From the IMG/VR virus record IMGVR_UViG_3300033145_003233, positions 1 to 64,000 of that record: a stretch of 64,000 nucleotides of DNA; one strand, given 5' to 3'. Of this stretch, positions 47,578 to 55,427 are shown piece after piece. The number at the start of each line of letters is the position of its first letter. Position 1 is the first letter of the stretch. Both the position numbers and the translations under genes were made by a program. The notes under the pieces are model-generated. The model saw only the letters and a list, made by a program, of their open reading frames with translations, had not been told where the DNA came from and made no database searches.

Positions 47578-47799
47578 ATGGCAAAAGAAGATATAGAAAA
47601 GCATCTTAACCAACCAAAGATAGAAGCCGTTTGTCCTAAATGTGGATGGACAGCTAATGTTCCTACAAGATTGGTTGGGAATGAATGGCCAATTGATGAT
47701 GTTAAGTGTAGTAAATGTTTCAAAGAACGACTTACATTTGTGAATCTTGTGCCTAAAAATGTAATAGATCAAATATCCTGTTATCATAAAAGAAATTAG
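47578..47799 (+). CDS. Zn-finger microprotein
   Basis: CPKCG...CSKC. Confidence 0.7.
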   Translation: MAKEDIEKHLNQPKIEAVCPKCGWTANVPTRLVGNEWPIDDVKCSKCFKERLTFVNLVPKNVIDQISCYHKRN

Positions 47800-47808
47800 G
47801 AGACAACT

Positions 47809-48042
47809 ATGCCAAAAACAACAAGAGCAAGAACAATATATAATTCTAAATGTCTATGTTGCAGTGATATGCAACATGAGATGGTTAAAATTGGTCAGAT
47901 GACTTTTTGTCCAAAGTGTTTTAAAAAAGAGTTTGTTGACACTGGGGCATATAATATTAAAACTCATGAAGTCTTATATAACAGCCCTGCTTATCAGGAT
48001 TGGTTTGAATCATATAAAAAGTATATAGTCAGGATTAGTTAG
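47809..48042 (+). CDS. Zn-finger microprotein
   Basis: CLCC...CPKC; AGGAG SD. Confidence 0.7.
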   Translation: MPKTTRARTIYNSKCLCCSDMQHEMVKIGQMTFCPKCFKKEFVDTGAYNIKTHEVLYNSPAYQDWFESYKKYIVRIS

Positions 48043-48048
48043 GAAATT

Positions 48049-48327
48049 ATGAAATGCCTGAAATGTGGATATTGCTGTGATTTTTCAGATGTAGTTATTG
48101 TAGATGATCCCTCGAAAGGAATATCTACAGATAATTTAACTATAAAAAAAACTGGAGAACGATGCCCACACTTAAGAGGCGATAAGCCAGGAAAATTTTC
48201 TTGTGCTATTCATGATTATCCATGGTATGAAGAAACTCCTTGTTTCTCTCATGGTCAAATAGAAAGAAATATTAATGATAAATGTAGAATGGGAGTTCAT
48301 ATATTAAAGGAAAAAAAACATGCTTAA
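48049..48327 (+). CDS. CxxCxxCC (YkgJ/FliB-like) Cys-cluster protein
   Basis: CLKCGYCC...CPHL...CAIH....C. Confidence 0.7.
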   Translation: MKCLKCGYCCDFSDVVIVDDPSKGISTDNLTIKKTGERCPHLRGDKPGKFSCAIHDYPWYEETPCFSHGQIERNINDKCRMGVHILKEKKHA

Positions 48328-48946
48328 AAATATAATATTAAAACCTTGTCCAGGTGGATGCGAATGTAAGCCTATTTACAAAGACTTCCAAAGCATAGGT
48401 GAAGGAAGATTTATTATGTGTCCAGGTTGTGAATGGACTGGCCCTACATGTGGCACAGAAGCCGAAGCAGCCTCTATGTGGAACAAAAGATGTAGTGTTT
48501 TTCAATCTAAAGAAGCACTGATATATGCTTTAGCAAGAATAGAAAATTGCTGGACACATCACCAAGATGGATCTGATTTGAGAAAAACTCATAGTTCTCA
48601 TCTTTTTAGTTTGATTTTTAACGACTTAAAATGGGCAATAACAGATGATCCTGATTTTCAATGGAGCCGCATGTTCTTAGAAGGAGAAGAAGAAGAAATA
48701 AAATACCTCTTCGAAAAAGATTATAGCTTCGCACAAACTCTAAAAAGAATAAAAAAAGTAGAAGTAAAAGCTCAAAGTAATATAAATGATGATTTACTCA
48801 ATGCTTGTCAAGATATGGCATCTATCCTCAATGGTTTACATCTTGGAACAATGATTGACAATGGCGACAAGGTTGATAGAATACGAGAAGTTGAAGACAA
48901 TGCAAGGGATATAATTGCAAGGGCAAAGGCAGATAAAAAAACATGA
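48320..48946 (+). CDS. Lar (restriction alleviation)-like Zn finger fused to unknown domains
   Basis: LKPCP..C...IMCPGC..TGP....AEAASMWNKR. Confidence 0.6.
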   Translation: MLKNIILKPCPGGCECKPIYKDFQSIGEGRFIMCPGCEWTGPTCGTEAEAASMWNKRCSVFQSKEALIYALARIENCWTHHQDGSDLRKTHSSHLFSLIFNDLKWAITDDPDFQWSRMFLEGEEEEIKYLFEKDYSFAQTLKRIKKVEVKAQSNINDDLLNACQDMASILNGLHLGTMIDNGDKVDRIREVEDNARDIIARAKADKKT

Positions 48947-49092
48947 ATATAATGTGTGCTGCCTGTAAGCACAAATTTAAAATTACTACAGAAGAATTTC
49001 CAACATGGAATGAAACTTGTATTAAATGTAAATCAAGAATGATATTGAGAATAATTGATAAAGAGTATTTTGAACATGAAAAAAATGAGTGA
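48943..49092 (+). CDS. Zn-ribbon microprotein, 49 aa
   Basis: Hand-translated MNIMCAACK...CIKCK; ATGA overlap with the upstream gene. Confidence 0.55.
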   Translation: MNIMCAACKHKFKITTEEFPTWNETCIKCKSRMILRIIDKEYFEHEKNE

Positions 49093-49531
49093 ATTAAAAA
49101 AAGCTTTGAGAGCAGAGTTGAGACATTGGGAAAGGCTCAGAGATGGAGAGTTTAAATTCCATATCATAGGGGACAGAACCGAACCTCTCCAAAGACCATT
49201 ATGTAAATATCAACATAAGGTAAGAGGGGAAATGCCCCGGCATGTAAAGGACGCTATCAAAGAGCTTTGGTCTAAGTTGGAAGAACATGAAATAGAACAT
49301 AATATTAGATATGTAAAATGTCTTAACTGCCCTCTATGTAATCCTGATGGAAGAGGAGTGGGAGGAGCTACTAGTGAATGTTGTTGTCATGAATATAATA
49401 CACTTGAATGCTGTTATTTAAAATTAGATGAGCATAATGAATATAGCAAAGATTACTGGGTTCATTTGTGTAATGGATTAATTATTGAAATCAAAGAAGA
49501 ATTAAGACAATTAGATAGAGATAAAAAATGA
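49085..49531 (+). CDS. Cys-rich hypothetical protein
   Basis: Start reassigned to MSELKK. Confidence 0.7.
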   Translation: MSELKKALRAELRHWERLRDGEFKFHIIGDRTEPLQRPLCKYQHKVRGEMPRHVKDAIKELWSKLEEHEIEHNIRYVKCLNCPLCNPDGRGVGGATSECCCHEYNTLECCYLKLDEHNEYSKDYWVHLCNGLIIEIKEELRQLDRDKK

Positions 49532-49806
49532 AAGTTAAACAAACCATTCCAGTTCTTAGTAGTATCTCAGTAGTCATAGAGGAAATTAAATATAAAAACA
49601 CTCTTTGCACGATAGAAGTTACTTGTAATCTCTATGATTATAATGATGATGAACCAACATGGAGTTGTACTACTGCTTCCTGTAAAGAACCTTATTTTAT
49701 TATGGGTAGTAGTTTTTGGGCAGAAGAGTTTGGAAAAAGACAAGCAAATAGAATTGTAAAACTATGCAATCAATCAGTAAAAACTTATTTGAAAGAAAAT
49801 ATATAA
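49528..49806 (+). CDS. Hypothetical protein
   Basis: Coupled overlaps on both sides. Confidence 0.65.
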   Translation: MKVKQTIPVLSSISVVIEEIKYKNTLCTIEVTCNLYDYNDDEPTWSCTTASCKEPYFIMGSSFWAEEFGKRQANRIVKLCNQSVKTYLKENI

Positions 49807-50351
49807 TGGAACACAAAATAGATGATATGGAGATGTTAAGTGGTCTTGAATCCCATGGTGGAGGCGGAATTTTTAAAGGTTTTGTTTTTGTAAAGTCTAA
49901 AAAATATGATGCCTTATCAAAAGAAACAAAAACTCATATATCTTTCGAAGCCTCTGATTACTTGCAGATAATTCAAAATAAGATCGAGATGGAATGGGCT
50001 AAGGTCCATGAAGCTAAAGAACGCAATGACCATGTAACTGAGTTAACTGAGATATTTAAGTCGGCAGGGTTTAATGTTATCCACGTTGAGGCAATAGATA
50101 GCCAATATTGTAGCAAAGCTTGTTGCTATAAATGGCCTTGGGTTATTGTCACCACCCAAAAAGGTCGTATTAAACTTGGGTGGAGAAAAAGAGTAATAAA
50201 TCTGGACTGGTCAGAATCAGATATCAAAGCTATTGGTATGGAATTATTTAAGGGTGAAAACGTTACAACTGGAGAACATTATATACATTGCTGGGGTAAA
50301 GACAAGGCAATTGAATATTTAAAAAAGCTTAACTCTGTTATCTCTATTTGA
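49806..50351 (+). CDS. Hypothetical protein
   Basis: TAATG coupling; WPWVIVTTQKGRIKLGWRKRVINLDW. Confidence 0.7.
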   Translation: MEHKIDDMEMLSGLESHGGGGIFKGFVFVKSKKYDALSKETKTHISFEASDYLQIIQNKIEMEWAKVHEAKERNDHVTELTEIFKSAGFNVIHVEAIDSQYCSKACCYKWPWVIVTTQKGRIKLGWRKRVINLDWSESDIKAIGMELFKGENVTTGEHYIHCWGKDKAIEYLKKLNSVISI

Positions 50352-50363
50352 AGGGATGCTAGG

Positions 50364-51524
50364 ATGAAGAAGATACTAATAACAGGCGGACCAGTTCCTG
50401 CTTATTTAGATGATGTTAAAATCATCACTAATAAGTTCAAAGGTGGACTTATGGCTAATTTAGCAGAGATGTTTTATGATCAGCCTGATTTATTCCCGGA
50501 TGTAGATATTACTTATCTCACCTATAAAGGATCAAAAATCCCATATTTAGGTGGAGATAAAAAAATAAACCGTGTTGTCTACCACGATGGGATATTTGAT
50601 TATAAAGATAAAGTTTTAGCATTATCTCCTGAAATGGATGCAGTTATTCTAGGGGCCGCTGTCGCTAATCTTATCCCGCGAAATAGAATCGAAGGGAAAT
50701 TTCCCAGTCATAATTATAAACCAGGGGATGTTATTGAACTCTATTTTACTATCGCTCCAAGAATAATAGATGAAGTTAAAAAAGTTGCTCCTAAAACTCA
50801 TCTGTTTGGATTTAAACTACTTTCAGGAGCAGACTACGAAGAACTAATTAGTGCGGCATATGGAGTTCTGTTAGAATCAAGAGCCACAGCCGTATTCGCT
50901 AACGATGCTATGGATCTAATGCAGAAATATGCTGTAACTAAAGAAAGAGCAGTCCATCCTATCACCAATGGACAAGTTCCTCAATGGATATGGGAAGCAA
51001 TACACGAAGAATACTATCAAACAGAATTTAAAGATCTTCCTAATATTTATAATGCCTATAGCAACATAACATACGTTCAAAAAATGATAGAAATTATAAA
51101 GTACTATAGAAAGGATTTTGTAGAAGTAGAAAATCAAATCCTTCTAGGAACCGTTGCTGTAAGAGAAAATGATGGGTTCTTAACAACGAGAAGGAAAAAA
51201 GGTTTGAATCTATTTTCTATTGACCCTATCCGTGATGTTGTATATGTGGAGAAAGTAGATCATAAGAAAAGAATAGTTTATACGTGGGACAATAAAAAGG
51301 CAACTCTAAATGCTCCATTATTAGCTCGCATTTTTGAGGTAAGGGAAGATGTTGATTATATTGTTCATCACCATCACCAAAGAAAAGATTTGCCGACAAA
51401 AAAATATGCGACCCCAGGAACAAAAGAAGATAGTAATAGAAGGGTAAAACAACACCCATCATTTAATATTAAAAAACATGGTTGTATTTTGTCTTTTAAT
51501 AGAGAAGGAAATTTAATAAAATGA
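50364..51524 (+). CDS. CoaB (phosphopantothenoylcysteine synthetase)-like domain fused to a class II aldolase/adducin-like domain
   Basis: ILITGGP....LDDVKIITNK.KG; ILGAAVAN; LFGFKL; C-terminal LLARIF...DYIVHHHH...KHGCI. Confidence 0.7.
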   Translation: MKKILITGGPVPAYLDDVKIITNKFKGGLMANLAEMFYDQPDLFPDVDITYLTYKGSKIPYLGGDKKINRVVYHDGIFDYKDKVLALSPEMDAVILGAAVANLIPRNRIEGKFPSHNYKPGDVIELYFTIAPRIIDEVKKVAPKTHLFGFKLLSGADYEELISAAYGVLLESRATAVFANDAMDLMQKYAVTKERAVHPITNGQVPQWIWEAIHEEYYQTEFKDLPNIYNAYSNITYVQKMIEIIKYYRKDFVEVENQILLGTVAVRENDGFLTTRRKKGLNLFSIDPIRDVVYVEKVDHKKRIVYTWDNKKATLNAPLLARIFEVREDVDYIVHHHHQRKDLPTKKYATPGTKEDSNRRVKQHPSFNIKKHGCILSFNREGNLIK

Positions 51525-52219
51525 AACATCCCTATCCGAAAATAGAAAGATATAAAATTCTTTATGCTCGATTTCTTCAGGGAGATAGAAGCAAACAATT
51601 AATGGATCTTGCCGGAGATTTCAAAGATAAAGTTTTTCTAGATATTTGTTGCGGAGAGGGGTTGTTAACACTAGAAGCAATAAAAAGACAAGCTAAATTA
51701 GCTCTTGCTGTTGATTCTAATCCTCAAATGTGGGGGAAAAGATTAGATAAGATAGATAAAGTTTTTACATTTTCTCAAAAGATAGAAGCTGCCCTAGTCT
51801 CTATAAAAGAAGGGGCAAATCGATGGAGGCAATATCCAAGAATAGATATAGCGATATGCCAACAAGGAATTAATTACTGGCTTGATGAAGAAGTGGCAGT
51901 TAGGATGGCCAATGTCATGAATGACAAAGGGGTTTTTATTTTTAATACTTTTAATGAGAAACCTTCAAACTCCCTTAAAATAGAAAAATATAATCTTAAT
52001 AATAAAAACTATATTGAAATAACATGGAGATCTCCAAATATATCAACGTGTGATATTCAGCATGTACAAATATGTGAGGGTTATCCTTCTCATACAACTC
52101 AATTTATGTGGCTGAGCGATGAATATATTAGATGTTGTCTTCAAAAATATTTTGATATAGAATTAATTAAAGACGGAAAAACAAGTATTTATAAATGCAC
52201 GAGAAAGGAAAAAATATAA
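51521..52219 (+). CDS. Class I SAM-dependent methyltransferase
   Basis: FLDICCGEG, AVDS, DIAIC, GVFIFNT. Confidence 0.85.
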   Translation: MKHPYPKIERYKILYARFLQGDRSKQLMDLAGDFKDKVFLDICCGEGLLTLEAIKRQAKLALAVDSNPQMWGKRLDKIDKVFTFSQKIEAALVSIKEGANRWRQYPRIDIAICQQGINYWLDEEVAVRMANVMNDKGVFIFNTFNEKPSNSLKIEKYNLNNKNYIEITWRSPNISTCDIQHVQICEGYPSHTTQFMWLSDEYIRCCLQKYFDIELIKDGKTSIYKCTRKEKI

Positions 52220-52479
52220 TGGCAAAATTAAGCCACAAAGAAATAGTAGAAAAGATTCAACAATGGCAAAACTGCCCATTTGTTCATGAATTAACATGTA
52301 GAGATAGTAATTGTGATGGTATTTTAATCCCTAAGATTTCTGATGCAACTCATCTTTCTGTATACTTAAAATGTCCTAAATGCTCTTATACCCAAAGTCA
52401 TGTCCCAGAAATGGTATTTCATACAAATTTTGAAGCAATAGAAAAACTTTTAGATACTCTTAAAGGAGAAGCCGAATGA
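52219..52479 (+). CDS. Zn-finger microprotein
   Basis: HELTCRDSNC...CPKC. Confidence 0.7.
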   Translation: MAKLSHKEIVEKIQQWQNCPFVHELTCRDSNCDGILIPKISDATHLSVYLKCPKCSYTQSHVPEMVFHTNFEAIEKLLDTLKGEAE

Positions 52480-53252
52480 ACTGTCAAGCAGAAATCGATC
52501 ACATAGCAAAATGGATAAAAGATTATCAAAAAAATAGCGGATGTAAGGGGTATATCTGTGGAATTAGTGGGGGCATAGACTCAGCCGTTTGTCTGGCCCT
52601 CTTAAAAAGAAAAATTCCCAATAAGAATATTATAGCGGTAGCACTACCTTGTAATAGTAATGAAAGTAGTTTAATAGATGCTCAAAAATTAGTAGATAAT
52701 TTGAACATCAAACTAGAAATTATTGATTTAAGAAATAGTTTTAATTCTATTATAGATAATTTAGAGACGATAAATCATAAAAATGAAGAAATTAGCAATT
52801 TAGTCAGAGGGAATATAGCGGCCCGTTTAAGGATGGTGCAACTATATTCAATAGCAAATCTACATAATTACCTTGTATTAGGAACGTCAAACAAAAGTGA
52901 GATATTGGTTGGTTACGGGACCAAATTTGGGGATTTGGGAATTGACATTGATCCTCTTGGAGATTATTACAAAACAGAGATTTATGAGATAGCAAAATTA
53001 ATGCCAGAAATTCCACAAAGTATTATAGACAAAGCTCCAAGTGCCGATCTTTTCGAAGGACAAAAAGATCAAGATGATCTTTATTTCGACTACCCAACGC
53101 TTGATAAAATTTTACAAAGATGGAAGACTGATTGTGAAAAATATATCAATTATAATGATGGGATAACAAAAGAAGATTTTGAAAAAGTTTCATTGATGAT
53201 TAAAAAAGCCGGACATAAGAACAACATGCCCCCTATGTGCCCAAGATCGTAA
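52476..53252 (+). CDS. nadE: NH3-dependent NAD+ synthetase
   Basis: GISGGIDSAV, GNIAARLRM..LY, GTSNKSE..VGYGTKFGD, YKTEIY, KAPSADL. Confidence 0.95.
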   Translation: MNCQAEIDHIAKWIKDYQKNSGCKGYICGISGGIDSAVCLALLKRKIPNKNIIAVALPCNSNESSLIDAQKLVDNLNIKLEIIDLRNSFNSIIDNLETINHKNEEISNLVRGNIAARLRMVQLYSIANLHNYLVLGTSNKSEILVGYGTKFGDLGIDIDPLGDYYKTEIYEIAKLMPEIPQSIIDKAPSADLFEGQKDQDDLYFDYPTLDKILQRWKTDCEKYINYNDGITKEDFEKVSLMIKKAGHKNNMPPMCPRS

Positions 53253-53333
53253 CCTTAAGATACTCATTTGTCTATTTTAATCTTGCAACTTTAGCAAAAT
53301 AATTAATTAAAAAATATCAAAGAAAGGACAAAA

Positions 53334-53759
53334 ATGAAAAAAACAATAATTTTAATATATTTAATAATGATTTTTTGTAATGGATGTTCAAAAAGAAATA
53401 TGCGTGATAATTATGATGGTAAAATTACTGTCGATGTAAATAAAAAATATGATATTGTCTATAGCAGATTATTAGAGCATACCTATAATACGAAAAGTCT
53501 AAATAATTTATATGACGATAGTAAAATCGAGCATGTATTATTTAATGATACTAAAAAAGGCTATATTAGGCATTCTTATAATAACTTACTTGGGATAGAG
53601 TATTGTCTAACTTTAATAGATATACTCGGGATATCAGACAAAAAAACTAATATTACTTTATTCTATACCTATTTTTATCTTTTTGATAAACATTTAGATA
53701 AAAAAAGATTTTTACAAGATGTTGGGACATTGTTCCAAAATTATACCGTAATAGAATAA
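53334..53759 (+). CDS. Putative lipoprotein
   Basis: MKK-hydrophobic-CNGC signal peptide II-like N-terminus. Confidence 0.55.
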   Translation: MKKTIILIYLIMIFCNGCSKRNMRDNYDGKITVDVNKKYDIVYSRLLEHTYNTKSLNNLYDDSKIEHVLFNDTKKGYIRHSYNNLLGIEYCLTLIDILGISDKKTNITLFYTYFYLFDKHLDKKRFLQDVGTLFQNYTVIE

Positions 53760-53782
53760 AAGCAAGATATAAAAACGAACCC

Positions 53783-54700
53783 CTACATATCTGAAGTTAT
53801 AGTTTTTTTGTTAAGAAACTCATTTAATTGTTGTTTATTATTGTTTCTTTTCCCATACGTTTTATGAAAACCGTTATGGCATTCTTGACATAATACCCTC
53901 CCATTAGAAACCTTTGTTCTTAATTTTTTATTATCAGCATATCCTCGAATATGATGTGCATTTATTTTTTTATATTTGTTGTTCTTATCTTTTTTATTTT
54001 TACATTTTTGACAAATATAATTATCTCTTTTATATACTTTTTTTCTCCACTCTTCGTATCCTGGGAGCTTTCTATTAAGAATTCTGTCTTCATTAGTTAG
54101 ATTCGAATTATAATTATAATTATTTTTTCCTGTCGTTCTTTCTACCCCACATTTATTACATCTATGACCATTTTTAAAATGATAAAACTTTGTTGTACTA
54201 ATATTTTTGCAACTACATTTATATTTTATTTTAGTACGAGAATTTATATATCCTTTTTCTAATAATTCACAATCTTGCTCTTTAAAATAATTATAAACAT
54301 ATTCGAAAGTAAATTTTTCGCTACCTCCACATTTTGTACACCTTTCTCCTAATTTAAAATTAGCAAGACGTATTCCACTAATATTCCCGCACTTGCACCT
54401 ATATCTCATTTTAGTGTGAGAATTTATATATTTTTTTTCTAATAACTCACAGCCTTGTTTCTTAAAATAACTATAAACATATTGAAAAGAAAATTGTCTA
54501 TCTTTTCTTAATTGTTTATTGGCACAGTTTTGACATCTTCTTCCTTGCTTAAAATTATCAAAATTTATTTTATTTATATTTCCACATTCACATCTATATT
54601 TCATTTTAACTTTACAATTTTTATACTCTTTCTCCAACAGCTTGCATCCATGCTCTTTAAAATATTGTTCAACATATTCATAAGCCAATTTCTTACCCAT
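53783..54700 (-). mobile_element. HNH homing endonuclease with three tandem Zn-ribbon repeats (start MGKKLAY)
   Basis: 3x (YEYV..YF...GCELL...Y.N...KM.Y.C.CG...RC..C) plus WRKKVYKRD...AHHI...NG..LC..CH..FH. Confidence 0.85.
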
Positions 54701-54912
54701 TTTCTCTCCAATAAAAAAAGAGTAAAGTCTAATCCTAAACTCCGATAAAGGAAAAGACAATACTCTTTATATTATATAATCTATATTTTTACTAAAATAC
54801 TTTAATTCGGAGTTTAAGTATTCTAATCATTATATATTCTATATTTTATCTTATATCCCTTTTTTATTATTATTAAAATGTCGATATAATAATATACTTA
54901 AAATAAACAGAT

Positions 54913-55407
54913 ATGGGGTATAAAATGAAAAAATATGAAAAACAAAATAAAGCGACAATAGCATTAGCTAAAAAGTTAAATATTGATAATATTGAAGATA
55001 AATTATTTTATACAAGTTATGGGAGAGTTACAGATAGAGAGGAAAAATATGATATAAAAAGAATAAGTGAAAAAAATGCAAAAACTTATATTGTTTATTT
55101 TTTCTATGATTTATGTTATGATGGTGTTAGTGAAATTCTAAGAATATTTTGTTGTTATAATAATGAGCACAAGGTTGCTATTCTATTAAAAGGAGCAAGT
55201 GATTTTATTGTTTCAGTGGAAAGGGTGGAAGAATTTCTTGAAGAATATAAGAATGCTATTATAAAAAAGAAGAAAGAATTATTTTATAAATATTATCCTA
55301 TGGAGAATAGACTTCCCATAGACAACGAAGAAGAATTTATTTTGGTAGAAAATAATAGGGATGAAGATGACGATTACACTTTTGAAGTCAAACTTGATAT
55401 GATATAA
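54913..55407 (+). CDS. Hypothetical protein
   Basis: Isolated plus-strand ORF. Confidence 0.6.
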   Translation: MGYKMKKYEKQNKATIALAKKLNIDNIEDKLFYTSYGRVTDREEKYDIKRISEKNAKTYIVYFFYDLCYDGVSEILRIFCCYNNEHKVAILLKGASDFIVSVERVEEFLEEYKNAIIKKKKELFYKYYPMENRLPIDNEEEFILVENNRDEDDDYTFEVKLDMI

Positions 55408-55427
55408 CGACCCTCCTCCTCGATGTT

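Noticed and set aside
45642-53759. Stop-codon reassignment as in some jumbo phages
   Set aside because: Conserved genes (pncB, nadE, nrdJ, terL, dut) are full length in the standard code, and TAA, TAG and TGA all end genes
54761-54912. Replication origin in the very AT-rich divergent gap
   Set aside because: No iterons or DnaA boxes recognisable; can be explained by two divergent promoters
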